Origin: Nitrospiria bacterium | GTDB taxonomy: Bacteria; Nitrospirota; RBG-16-64-22 | DNA: 64,000 nt | Direction of reading: 5' to 3' | Assembly: GCA_919903025.1 (NCBI GenBank) | Contig: CAKKSE010000024.1 | Span: 3,175 to 67,174 of the forward strand | In this document: one piece after another, positions 48,282 through 57,223 of the stretch | How the letters are laid out: each line of letters starts with the position of its first letter | Position numbering within the stretch: the first letter of the stretch is position 1 | Notes under the pieces: generated by a model | Database searches by the model: none | What the model was told of the DNA's origin: nothing | The model's input: the letters and a program-made list of their open reading frames with translations, nothing else | Made by a program: the position numbers and the translations under genes

Positions 48282-50440
48282 GAACGTCCCTCCGCGCCGA
48301 AGACGGTAATTTCCGCGATGGACCAGTCGTACCGGCCGGCCGGCCGCGTGAGCTCAACCCGCATGTATCGGCCCTCCGACGGCGGAAAAGGGGCAAACGT
48401 CCCGCCATCCAGGGCGTACGTGGGCTTCCCCCCTTTCCACTCGAAGTGCCCCGGGTACGCGGAAAGACGGAACACCTCCTTCCAGCGCGAGCCGTCGGAC
48501 GACAACAGGACTCTGTACCCGCGCGGAAAATCCCTGCGGAACTCGCCCGCATCGAGCTTCACCCCGCTCAAGACGCGTTCCCGCCCCAGATCGATCTGGT
48601 ACCAGTCGCCGGCCGCCTGCGGCCCGCCCGTTCCCCACCGCGTCCGGAGATCCCCATCCAACGCGTTCCCGGCATCCTCACGCCGGGCCGACGCCGTCGC
48701 TTTCCATCCTGATCGATCTCCGATGCGAACGACCGGCCACCCCGGCCTCTGAAAGTCGTAGATGATGCCGGTTTCCCCGATTGTCTTCCGCCGATAGCCA
48801 GCGGATATCGATTCGAGCCCGCGCTGGAAGTCCTCTTCCCGGACTTTTCCGCCCGGCCGGAACACATAGGCGATGTTGGATGCGCGATCAAGAAAGGCCG
48901 CATGCGGCGGGTACTTTCCAGGTTCCGCGATCGGCAAGACGACGATCTCCTCTCCCGCGTGAAACGTCAAGTGGTAGGACACCCAGTAATCCGCGTAGGC
49001 GCCCTGGATCCCGCGGGACCGCATATAGGCGATCGCTTCATCCGTCTCGCGGCGGCTCGTCTCTCCCGCCCCGCCCGCGTAATGCGTCCGGATCGCCGAC
49101 AGGTTCAAGGCGAGGTGAAACACGAGGATGACGCCAACCCATAGGGGAAGAAAACCCGGCCATCGCCGCTCGACCGGCGGGGTCCAGAGAATGAGCGCAA
49201 GGGGAAGGACCGAATAGATCGGGAGGATGTACCTCGTCCCCATCGCTGGCTGGCCGTACCGGCTCGTCGCGAGAATTGCCGCCATCGAAACGAGGAAGAG
49301 CGCCGAGAGAACCCGGAGGCGCTTTCGGGAATCGTCCGCGTCGCGCGCGACGAATCCCCAAAGGCCGGAGACGACGAAAACAGCCAGGAGAACGAACCAC
49401 ACGAAAAGGAGACCGGTTGAGACGCCCTTCCAACCCGCGTCAGCCAGATAGTTAAGGCTCAAAACGAATGACATCCGATCGCCCGCGAGGAAGGAGAGAT
49501 TCTTCCATACTCCGGACGTCTCTTCCGTCCTGACGAGCGCGAACGACGCCCAGGAATGCGCCGCGTTGTAGATCCAGAATGGAAGGCTTCCCCCCGCGAA
49601 ACCCGCGACGGCCGCGAGCCCTTCCCTCCATCGCATTCGCGCCCATCCGAGCCACAGGAGCGCGAGAACAGCCGGAACCAGATAGTAGACGATCAGAATA
49701 TGGGTCCACCACGCGAACCCCGCAAGAAACCCAAGCGCCAGACTCCGGCTTTGCCGGCGAACCGGATGCTCCTCTCCCAGGAGACGAACCGTCCCGAGGA
49801 AGACCAAGGTCCCCAGGAGGAGCGTCTCGTTGTGGTTCGCCTTGGCCGAAATGCTGTGAAGAAGGAGAAAGGGAGGGGCCAACGAAAAGAAAGCGGCCGC
49901 CCCCAGAGCGAGGCGGCGGTCTCCCGTCATTCGGGCGAACCCATAGACGGCCAGAATCTCGGCAATCCCCACGGCAAGCGGCTTGATTCTCAATGTCACG
50001 GGACCGGCCCCGGCCGTCTGAAAAACAACGGCATGGAGATACGCCTCGGCGGATCCCATGTACGCCTGCCCCCAGAAGAAGACGGGGAATTCGCCCCGGA
50101 GAACGTGCATGCCCATCAGTCCCCCCACGGCCTCGTCGGAGTCGACGCTCAGCGCCCCCCACGGCCCGTAGAAGACCCGAAAAGCCAGGCCCGCGACAAT
50201 TGCCAGGAGAAACGCGAGGCCGACGAGATCCCGCCGGCCTACCTCGTTCCGGCCGATGCCGTTCCCTCCTTTCGGAGGAGGAAGACTTTCGCCCGCTCCC
50301 GGTCTCCAGCCTCCTCCAGTTCCGCCGCGGCCGCTCGATAGAACGATTCCGAGCTGTCCGCGCCCTTTGCGGCGTAGTGCTTTTGGATTTCGTAAGCGAT
50401 CCCGCCCCGGTCCAAGTCCCGGTCCCATTCGGCGAACCAT
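48278..50440 (-). CDS. PMT-like GT-C protein with discoidin domain, paralog D (start uncertain)
   Basis: VDSDEAVGGLMGMHVLRGEFPVFFWGQAYMGS; C-terminus DGDLRTRWGTGGPQAAGDWYQIDLG...YRVLLSSDGSRWKEV...RYMRVELTRPAGRYDWSIAEITVFG. No canonical start near the upstream stop (50239); AAAGGAGGG-N6-ATC at 50257 is the best-placed candidate. Confidence 0.7.
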   Translation of the reverse strand: MVRRMGPGLGPGRDRLRNPKALRRKGRGQLGIVLSSGRGGTGGGWRPGAGESLPPPKGGNGIGRNEVGRRDLVGLAFLLAIVAGLAFRVFYGPWGALSVDSDEAVGGLMGMHVLRGEFPVFFWGQAYMGSAEAYLHAVVFQTAGAGPVTLRIKPLAVGIAEILAVYGFARMTGDRRLALGAAAFFSLAPPFLLLHSISAKANHNETLLLGTLVFLGTVRLLGEEHPVRRQSRSLALGFLAGFAWWTHILIVYYLVPAVLALLWLGWARMRWREGLAAVAGFAGGSLPFWIYNAAHSWASFALVRTEETSGVWKNLSFLAGDRMSFVLSLNYLADAGWKGVSTGLLFVWFVLLAVFVVSGLWGFVARDADDSRKRLRVLSALFLVSMAAILATSRYGQPAMGTRYILPIYSVLPLALILWTPPVERRWPGFLPLWVGVILVFHLALNLSAIRTHYAGGAGETSRRETDEAIAYMRSRGIQGAYADYWVSYHLTFHAGEEIVVLPIAEPGKYPPHAAFLDRASNIAYVFRPGGKVREEDFQRGLESISAGYRRKTIGETGIIYDFQRPGWPVVRIGDRSGWKATASARREDAGNALDGDLRTRWGTGGPQAAGDWYQIDLGRERVLSGVKLDAGEFRRDFPRGYRVLLSSDGSRWKEVFRLSAYPGHFEWKGGKPTYALDGGTFAPFPPSEGRYMRVELTRPAGRYDWSIAEITVFGAEGRS

Positions 50441-52422
50441 CCCCCCGGCGGTCCCTTTGGGACGAAACTCCTTTCCGGCGCCGTCGAAGGAGCGTAGACG
50501 AACAATTCGGCGATCGACCAGTTGTAGACCTGCTCATGACCCGTCTGAGCGATGCGAATCCACCGCGCTTCCGCTGGCGAGAAGCGCCAAACCATCCGAC
50601 CGGATCCTTCCAGTCGAAGGGCCTCCCCTTGAGCGACGAAACTGCCGAAAACGCGGCGCGCGAGACCGACGACGCGCCAGGTCTTTCCGTCGATCGATGT
50701 CTCGATCCGGAGGCCCCTTGGATAATCCTGACTGGAAAAACCGGGGAGAAACTCAATCCGGCTCACCTCAATCGGACGCCCCAGATCCAGCTCGAACCAT
50801 TGGCCGGGTCTCTGGGCCTCACCTGTCCGCCAGGCCGTTCCCAGGTCGCGATCGAAAGCAAGCGCGGAGTCATCCGGACGGCCGCTCGCTCGCGCCGTCC
50901 ATCCACGGGACGGAATCGGGGCGTCGAACGACGGATTCTCCCGGAACCGGTGATAGACCTCGTACGGACCGAGCCCGACTTTCTCGTAGGAGACGCCCAA
51001 GCCCGCCAAGGCCTCCTCGAACAACTCCCCCATTCCACGCCAGACCCACGCGCTCTTCTCCTGACGGTCGGCCGAGTCGGTGTAGGCCGGAAACTTGTTT
51101 ATCCCGGCCGGCCGATCCGGCATCGCAAAGACCACCCGTTCAGCCGCGTCAAACGTGAGACGGAAGGCGTCCCAATATCCGGGCATGTAGACCGCGCTGT
51201 GCCCCCGCCCCTCAAGCCACGAAACCAGCCCGTCCACCTCGCGCCGATACGACGCATAGTCCCGAATCCATTTCCCCTCGCTCAAGCCGATGCTCGACGC
51301 ATTCCCCGCCAACTGGACTCCGATGACGAGCGAGAGCAGTCCGGCCGCCAGATACCGGACACGCGGCCGAATGGCGTCCAGGCCCGCCGCCAGGAGGACA
51401 GGCAGACCCGTGTAGAGGGGAACCAAATACCTTGCATGCGTCCCCTGGTTGTAGCGCATGATGACGATCGCCCCCAGGACGGCGATGAACAAGGGAATGA
51501 GGAGCATCCGCGCCCGAAGAGGCCGCGGGGCGTCTCGGCCCAGGACCACCCGGCCGATCCGCGCCATTCCGAGCAGAATGCAAGCACCCACCACCACAGC
51601 GCTGAGCAGGCCAAGCCACCGGACACCAACGCCGAACGGTCCTGGCGACGTCCCCAGAAGAGCGGGAACCTTTTCGAAGAAAAACGCGTAGAGCGACGCC
51701 CCCAATCGAGTCCTCCGCGAGAATCCCTGAGCCGCGGCGAAGGACGCGAACGGGTTCGCGACGTTGAACGCCAGGAAAGGAAGCGCCCCCGCGGCGAATC
51801 CGGCCGCGAGACGCCCGGCCCCCGACCAGACGAACCGGGGCGCGCCGAGGAGAAGCGCCCCGCCCGCGGCCAGCAGGTAGTGGATGGACTGCATGCTTAC
51901 GTACCAGGCAAACCCCGCGACGAACCCGATGGAGACGGCCCGGGACAGGCCCCGGCCGCCGCTCTCGAGCTGACGCACAACCATGAGAAGGAGGCTCGTC
52001 CCCAGAAACAGGTTCTCGACGTAGTTCCCGCGAGCCAAAACGGACGTCCAGGAAAGATACGCGGGAGACAACGCGACAAGAGCGAGCGCCGCCCGCCCGG
52101 CCCAGACTCCGAAGAGCCTCTTGGCGAGGAGATAGAGGACGGCGTTGAACGCGGCCGAAAAGAGAAGAGGGGAGAGGTTGAGCACGGCGCGGGAAGGCCC
52201 GAGGAAGAACATGAGGACGGCGGCGAGATACGACTCGATCGGCCCGCAGTAGGGCTCCCCCCAATAAAAGATCGGATACTCCCCGCGCAGGATGTGCATG
52301 GCCATGAGCCCCATAACGGCCATGTCGGAGTCCAGCCCCGGCCCGAGCAGGTAAAGTCCTCGGAGACCGGTCCCCGCCCCGAGGAGGAGCCAGAATATCT
52401 GGCGATCAATCCGATTCGACAT
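50239..52422 (-). CDS. PMT-like GT-C protein with discoidin domain, paralog E
   Basis: LDSDMAVMGLMAMHILRGEYPIFYWGEPYCGP; C-terminus DRDLGTAWRTGEAQRPGQWFELDLG...LRIETSIDGKTWRVV...RWIRIAQTGHEQVYNWSIAELFVYA. Confidence 0.75.
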   Translation of the reverse strand: MSNRIDRQIFWLLLGAGTGLRGLYLLGPGLDSDMAVMGLMAMHILRGEYPIFYWGEPYCGPIESYLAAVLMFFLGPSRAVLNLSPLLFSAAFNAVLYLLAKRLFGVWAGRAALALVALSPAYLSWTSVLARGNYVENLFLGTSLLLMVVRQLESGGRGLSRAVSIGFVAGFAWYVSMQSIHYLLAAGGALLLGAPRFVWSGAGRLAAGFAAGALPFLAFNVANPFASFAAAQGFSRRTRLGASLYAFFFEKVPALLGTSPGPFGVGVRWLGLLSAVVVGACILLGMARIGRVVLGRDAPRPLRARMLLIPLFIAVLGAIVIMRYNQGTHARYLVPLYTGLPVLLAAGLDAIRPRVRYLAAGLLSLVIGVQLAGNASSIGLSEGKWIRDYASYRREVDGLVSWLEGRGHSAVYMPGYWDAFRLTFDAAERVVFAMPDRPAGINKFPAYTDSADRQEKSAWVWRGMGELFEEALAGLGVSYEKVGLGPYEVYHRFRENPSFDAPIPSRGWTARASGRPDDSALAFDRDLGTAWRTGEAQRPGQWFELDLGRPIEVSRIEFLPGFSSQDYPRGLRIETSIDGKTWRVVGLARRVFGSFVAQGEALRLEGSGRMVWRFSPAEARWIRIAQTGHEQVYNWSIAELFVYAPSTAPERSFVPKGPPGGWFAEWDRDLDRGGIAYEIQKHYAAKGADSSESFYRAAAAELEEAGDRERAKVFLLRKEGTASAGTR

Positions 52423-52446
52423 TCCTGATCCCGATCGCCTTTCCCC

Positions 52447-54417
52447 TCACCCGCTCCCCGGCTCCCCATCAACGCCCGCGACCCGATAGATCCGGAGCAT
52501 CGAGACCCTCCAATGGAACGGCTTTGGGGCCGTGAGCCGGATCTCGAGAAATCGGGCCGCAACGGATGGAAGGACGACCCGCACGATCATCTGCTCGTCG
52601 ACCAGGAGATTCCCCCCTTCCCACCTCAACGGAAGAACAAAGGGATGGGAAGGGACGGCAACATCCCACGCCGTCCCGTCGGGCGAAACGCGCACCTCGA
52701 ACCGGGCCGGGACGTCCTCCGGCACCGGACCGGGCTCGACGACGAGCATGCCCAGCGTCTCGATGCGGCCGAGATCGACTTGGATCGCCCACCCCGCCAT
52801 CTGCGGCGCCCCGCTGTCCCAGTGCGTCTCGGGATTCCCGTCGAGCATCCACTGGACCCCCTCCGGCGCCGCGGGCGTCTCGACCCTCCATCCCGTTGGA
52901 GAGATCTCCTCAAAACCGCCGACGCTCGGCCTTAACGCTGAGACGAGCCGGTACGGGCCGGCCCTTTCCTCCGTGTACCCGGCCCCCACGCCTCGGAGTG
53001 CCGCACGGAAGCTCCCCGCGCCGCTGTGCCAGATGTACGGAACGGCGTTGAGGGACAAGGCAAAGCGCGTATACATCGGATACTTGTTCCCGCTGTGATT
53101 CAAGACGGGGATCGCGAAGACCGGGTCTTCTCCGCTTGTGAAGTTCGACCGGAAGAACTCCCAGTACTCGGTCGCAAAAACAGCCTCGAGGCCGCGGGCT
53201 CGCAGACCGGCAATCATCTCGCCTTCGGCAATGACTCGCCCCCGATGGGCATCCCGGCGGTCCGGCCACAGCGCATCCGCCCCCGCGACGGTTCCCCAGA
53301 CATTCACGCTGATTAACAGGAGGGCCGCCCCTTGCGCGAGGCGTGGTTGCTGTCCGCCGATCTTGACAAGGATGAGGGCGAGGAAGAGCGGGAACACGGC
53401 GTAAAAGACGAGGAAGTACCGCGTGACCCCCCCGCTGTTGTAGCGGGCGATGATAATCGCGGAGGCGATTGCCGTGAACGAAAGAAGGAGCCCCAGCCCG
53501 AGCGCCTCCCCCGTCCGCCGTCTGTTTGCAGTCAACATCAACCGAAACAACATCCCGGCAGCCATAATCATCGCCCCTGAGTACAGGAGGGTCCCAAGGA
53601 CATTGACGGTCGGCGAGTACGATCGGGCCATCTCGGCCATCGGCATCCCCAGGATCGAAGGAAGCTTCACAAGAAGAAATACCTTGAGCGAGGAATCCAA
53701 CGGGAGCGGCGTCATGTAGCGTCCTGTCTCCGCAAGCGAGGCGAAGTCGTGCCGTACGTTGTATATCCAGAACAGAAGGCTCCCCAACAGCGCAAACCCG
53801 ACCGCCGCCAGAGCGCGCCGGTCCAGGAGGGACCGGCCCAGCCCCGCGAGGAGCACGAGTCCGCCGGCCAGAAGGAAGTGAACCGACTGGAAGCTCACCC
53901 ACCATGCCGCGCCCGCCAGGAACGCGAAGATGCAGAGGCCGCGCCACCGAGCCGCCTCGCTCCCCGCCCGGAGAATTCTCACGACCAGCGCCATGAGGAC
54001 CACGCCGAAGAAGAGATTCTCGATGTAGTTCCCGCGCGCGAGCACCGAGTGCCAGACAAGGAAGGGCGGCCCAAGGGCGAGAAGAAGAAGGCTGACCAGC
54101 CCCGTCTCCCTTCCGAAGGCAATTCTGGCGAATCGATACGCCGCAAAGAGGAAGAGGAGGGAAAAGACCGCCGGCGCGAGGTTGAGGGCGAGTGGCGACG
54201 GGCCGAAGAAGGAGAAGAAAAGGGCCGCCAGGTACGACTCCAACGGCCCGCAATAGGGCTCTCCCCAGTAGAAGATCGGGTATTCGCCCCGGAGGATGTG
54301 GATCGCCATGAGCCCCACGACCGCCTCGTCGGAATCGAGGCTTGGCGTAAGGAGATACACCCCGCGGATGAAAGCGGCCGCGAACAGCAACGCGGCCACG
54401 AGCAGCCTATCCTTCAC
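52447..54417 (-). CDS. PMT-like GT-C protein with discoidin domain, paralog F
   Basis: LDSDEAVVGLMAIHILRGEYPIFYWGEPYCGP; C-terminus LDGNPETHWDSGAPQMAGWAIQVDLG...FEVRVSPDGTAWDV...RFLEIRLTAPKPFHWRVSMLRIYR. GTG start at 54417. Confidence 0.75.
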   Translation of the reverse strand: MKDRLLVAALLFAAAFIRGVYLLTPSLDSDEAVVGLMAIHILRGEYPIFYWGEPYCGPLESYLAALFFSFFGPSPLALNLAPAVFSLLFLFAAYRFARIAFGRETGLVSLLLLALGPPFLVWHSVLARGNYIENLFFGVVLMALVVRILRAGSEAARWRGLCIFAFLAGAAWWVSFQSVHFLLAGGLVLLAGLGRSLLDRRALAAVGFALLGSLLFWIYNVRHDFASLAETGRYMTPLPLDSSLKVFLLVKLPSILGMPMAEMARSYSPTVNVLGTLLYSGAMIMAAGMLFRLMLTANRRRTGEALGLGLLLSFTAIASAIIIARYNSGGVTRYFLVFYAVFPLFLALILVKIGGQQPRLAQGAALLLISVNVWGTVAGADALWPDRRDAHRGRVIAEGEMIAGLRARGLEAVFATEYWEFFRSNFTSGEDPVFAIPVLNHSGNKYPMYTRFALSLNAVPYIWHSGAGSFRAALRGVGAGYTEERAGPYRLVSALRPSVGGFEEISPTGWRVETPAAPEGVQWMLDGNPETHWDSGAPQMAGWAIQVDLGRIETLGMLVVEPGPVPEDVPARFEVRVSPDGTAWDVAVPSHPFVLPLRWEGGNLLVDEQMIVRVVLPSVAARFLEIRLTAPKPFHWRVSMLRIYRVAGVDGEPGSG

Positions 54418-54516
54418 TTGAGTCCGAACCCCTCCCCTTCAGGTACTGCGAATGTCCATCGGGAGAGATCGTGGACCAGGTCTTCTTCGATCTATCAGCG
54501 ACGGAAACGAGCCGGT

Positions 54517-55251
54517 TTATGTCCTCCGGGCGATGAGGGCCACAGACGAGCCGATCGGAATCCGGCCTCGGCGGAGCAGGGCCGCCTCAAGGGAGAGGAT
54601 GCGGCCGAGAACATCGTTCAGCGTTCGCGGGACCCGCTTGAGATCAGACGCCTCTCCACCGCCGGCCGCGCGGCGGCCCAACCGAACCGCCAGGACAAGA
54701 GGCAGAAGAAGAAAGTTCCAGTAGGTGACCCTCAAGACCTGGAAACCGGCGTCGCGGACCCTCGACGCAAGCGTCTGGGCCGTGTACCTCTCGCGGGCGT
54801 GGACGGCTTCGTCGTGCGGCCCCGTCAGGCACGGCAGGGCGGAGTCGGAGACGTAGAGGATCCCTCCGAGAGCGAGAACCCGCCTCCACTCCCGGATCGC
54901 CGCCGGTTCGTCCACGTCCCGGTGGTAGAGAACGTCGAACGCCGTCACGAAGTCCATCGAACCTGAGCGAACCGGAAGGGCCTCTGCCCTCCCACGGACA
55001 ACAGCGCCTTGGGGTCCCAACCGCTTGCAGGCGAACGCCGCCGCGATCGGGTTCAACTCGCAACCGAGGACTTTCGCGCCCGCTTCCTCCATGAAGGCCG
55101 TCGTCCCGCCGGTCCCGCACCCCACATCGAGAACGCGCGCGCCTCTCTTCCAGAAGGGGCCAAGAAGGGATCGCGCAACGGCTCGTTTTCCCTTGAACCA
55201 CCAATGCTCATCCTCGAGCAGGGCCATCGCCTCGTATTCGGCCCGCTCCAT
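54517..55251 (-). CDS. Class I SAM-dependent methyltransferase
   Basis: RVLDVGCGTGGTTAFM (motif I); ILYVSDSALP. Confidence 0.75.
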   Translation of the reverse strand: MERAEYEAMALLEDEHWWFKGKRAVARSLLGPFWKRGARVLDVGCGTGGTTAFMEEAGAKVLGCELNPIAAAFACKRLGPQGAVVRGRAEALPVRSGSMDFVTAFDVLYHRDVDEPAAIREWRRVLALGGILYVSDSALPCLTGPHDEAVHARERYTAQTLASRVRDAGFQVLRVTYWNFLLLPLVLAVRLGRRAAGGGEASDLKRVPRTLNDVLGRILSLEAALLRRGRIPIGSSVALIARRT

Positions 55252-55260
55252 CCTGTTCGG

Positions 55261-56514
55261 CTATCCCTTCGCCCGGGCGTGAATATCACGGATCGCCTCG
55301 ACGACAAGATCGACATCCGATGCCGTGAGCGATGACGCCGATGGCAGGTACATCCCCCGCCGGCAGAGATCCTCGGCCACGGGGTATGCCCCGCTAGCGG
55401 CGTTAAAAAAGATCGGCTGGAGATGCATTGGGATGAAGAACGTCCGCGTCTCGATCCCCCGCTCGGCAAGTTCCCGGCGAAGCCCGTCCCGGTCAAGCCC
55501 GAACACCTTCTCATCGAGCCTGATTCCGTACATCCAGAAGACGTTCCTAAAGCCTGGCTTCTCGATCGGCGTCGTCAGGCCGGGCAGTCCCGCGAGACCC
55601 GCCGTGTACCGCGCGGCGTTCCGGCGCCTCGCCTCCACGAACGAATCGATCCGTTCCATCTGAGCGACGCCGACGGCCGCCTGGAGGTTCGTCATCCGGT
55701 AATTGTACCCCGTGAACTTGTGCCAGAAATGGCGCTCCTCGGAGAACGCGTGGTCCCGGAGGTTCCGGGCGATCCGGGCCATGTCGGGATTGTCGGTCAC
55801 GAGCATCCCCCCCTCGCCGGTCGTGATAATCTTGTTCGCGTAGAACGAGAAGCACCCGACGTCGCCGATCGATCCAGCCCGCCGGCCCTTCCATTCGGCC
55901 CCGTGCGCCTCGGCGGCATCCTCGACCAAGTACAACCCGTGCTTGTCGCAGATCGCGAGCAGGCGCTCCATGTCCGCGGGATGACCATAAGTGTGGATCG
56001 GCACGACCGCCTTCGTGCGAGGGGTGATTGCCAACTCCACCTGGCCAGGATCGAGATTCCCCGTCTCCGGCTCGGAATCGACAAAGACGGGCGTCCCTTC
56101 CGCGTACCGGACGGCGTTTGCCGTCGCAATCATCGTGAACGTCGGGACGATGACTTCGTCCCCCGGCCCGATCCCCAGCGTGGCGAACGCCAGGTGGAGC
56201 GCCGTCGTTCCGCTCGTGCAGGCGACGGCGTACTTCGTCCCGCAGAACGCGGCGAACCTCTCCTCGAACTCCGGGATGAACTTGCCGGCAGAAGAGATCC
56301 AGCCGCTCGAGACCGCGCGGGCCACGTAGGCGGCCTCGTTGCCGTCGAGGACCGGCTCGCAGACCGGGATGATCCGGCCCGCGGCTCCTTCGCTCACCGG
56401 AATTCTCGGTATGGAAAGCTTGAGCTCAGGCTCCCGCCCCGGGATCATTCCCGGATGGCTGACCGAAAGGTCCAGGTCCCTCGGCTCAACGAGCCGGCCG
56501 CGCTTCTCGCCCAT
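55261..56514 (-). CDS. DegT/DnrJ/EryC1/StrS-family PLP-dependent sugar aminotransferase
   Basis: IIPVCEPVLDGNEAAYV, ACTSGTTALHLA, DVGCFSFYANKIITTGEGGM (PLP-lysine region). ATG 56514 after GGAGGGG; alternative ATG at 56448. Confidence 0.85.
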   Translation of the reverse strand: MGEKRGRLVEPRDLDLSVSHPGMIPGREPELKLSIPRIPVSEGAAGRIIPVCEPVLDGNEAAYVARAVSSGWISSAGKFIPEFEERFAAFCGTKYAVACTSGTTALHLAFATLGIGPGDEVIVPTFTMIATANAVRYAEGTPVFVDSEPETGNLDPGQVELAITPRTKAVVPIHTYGHPADMERLLAICDKHGLYLVEDAAEAHGAEWKGRRAGSIGDVGCFSFYANKIITTGEGGMLVTDNPDMARIARNLRDHAFSEERHFWHKFTGYNYRMTNLQAAVGVAQMERIDSFVEARRRNAARYTAGLAGLPGLTTPIEKPGFRNVFWMYGIRLDEKVFGLDRDGLRRELAERGIETRTFFIPMHLQPIFFNAASGAYPVAEDLCRRGMYLPSASSLTASDVDLVVEAIRDIHARAKG

Positions 56515-57223
56515 CACCCCTCCACGTTTGAACGATCGTCCTGATGTAAGGCCAGCCCCGGCGGAGGTACCCGGACCAGCTCGTCGCCGTCTTCGATTCG
56601 CCCGCGGCCCGCGGGACACACTCGTACGGAATCTCCGCCACCCGGTACCCCGCCCGCTCCGCCCGCGCCAGGAGGTCGATACAGTACTCGCCGTACCCGT
56701 CCCTGATGCCGAGACGCGTCACGGCGTCCTTCCGGGCCGCGATAAAGCCGGATGTGAAATCGGTCACGGTCCCTCCCAGGAGCCTCCGCGCAAACCCGTT
56801 GATCAACCGGCTCCCGAGGACGGCCCGCCGGTCGTCCCGGCGGTCGGCCGCCGCGCCAACATACCTTGAGCCCACCACGATGTCCACCGAATCGAGCGCC
56901 TTCCGCATCGCGGGGAGAGCGGCCGGGGGCATGGAAAAATCGCAGTCCATCCAGGCCACCAAATCGCCCCGCGCCGCCTCGACGCCGTCCCTGATGGCGG
57001 ACGCCAGCCCGAGCCCCCGCCGCCGCCGGACAAGCCGGACGCGGGGATCGCCCTCGCAGATCGCCGCCGCGACGTCTCCCGTCCCGTCGGGGGAATCGTC
57101 ATCGACGACAACAACCTCGACGTTCTCTCGGAGCGCCCCCAGGACCGCGCCGATCAACGGGCCGATGTTCTGGCGCTCGTTGAACGTGGGGAGGATGACG
57201 GAGAACAGGGCGCCTTCGGGCAT
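56486..57223 (-). CDS. GT2-family polyprenyl-phosphate sugar synthase-like glycosyltransferase (DPM1-like, soluble)
   Basis: Trimmed to MPEGALFSVILPTFNERQNI (ATG 57223, TGATG overlap). VVVVDDDSPDGT; WMDCDFSMPP. Confidence 0.8.
   Translation of the reverse strand: MPEGALFSVILPTFNERQNIGPLIGAVLGALRENVEVVVVDDDSPDGTGDVAAAICEGDPRVRLVRRRRGLGLASAIRDGVEAARGDLVAWMDCDFSMPPAALPAMRKALDSVDIVVGSRYVGAAADRRDDRRAVLGSRLINGFARRLLGGTVTDFTSGFIAARKDAVTRLGIRDGYGEYCIDLLARAERAGYRVAEIPYECVPRAAGESKTATSWSGYLRRGWPYIRTIVQTWRGDGREARPAR

Noticed and set aside
49993-52428. 811-aa plus-strand ORF
   Set aside because: It is antisense to discoidin paralogs D and E. Hydrophobic TM-rich minus-strand genes generate long charged antisense ORFs in high-GC DNA.
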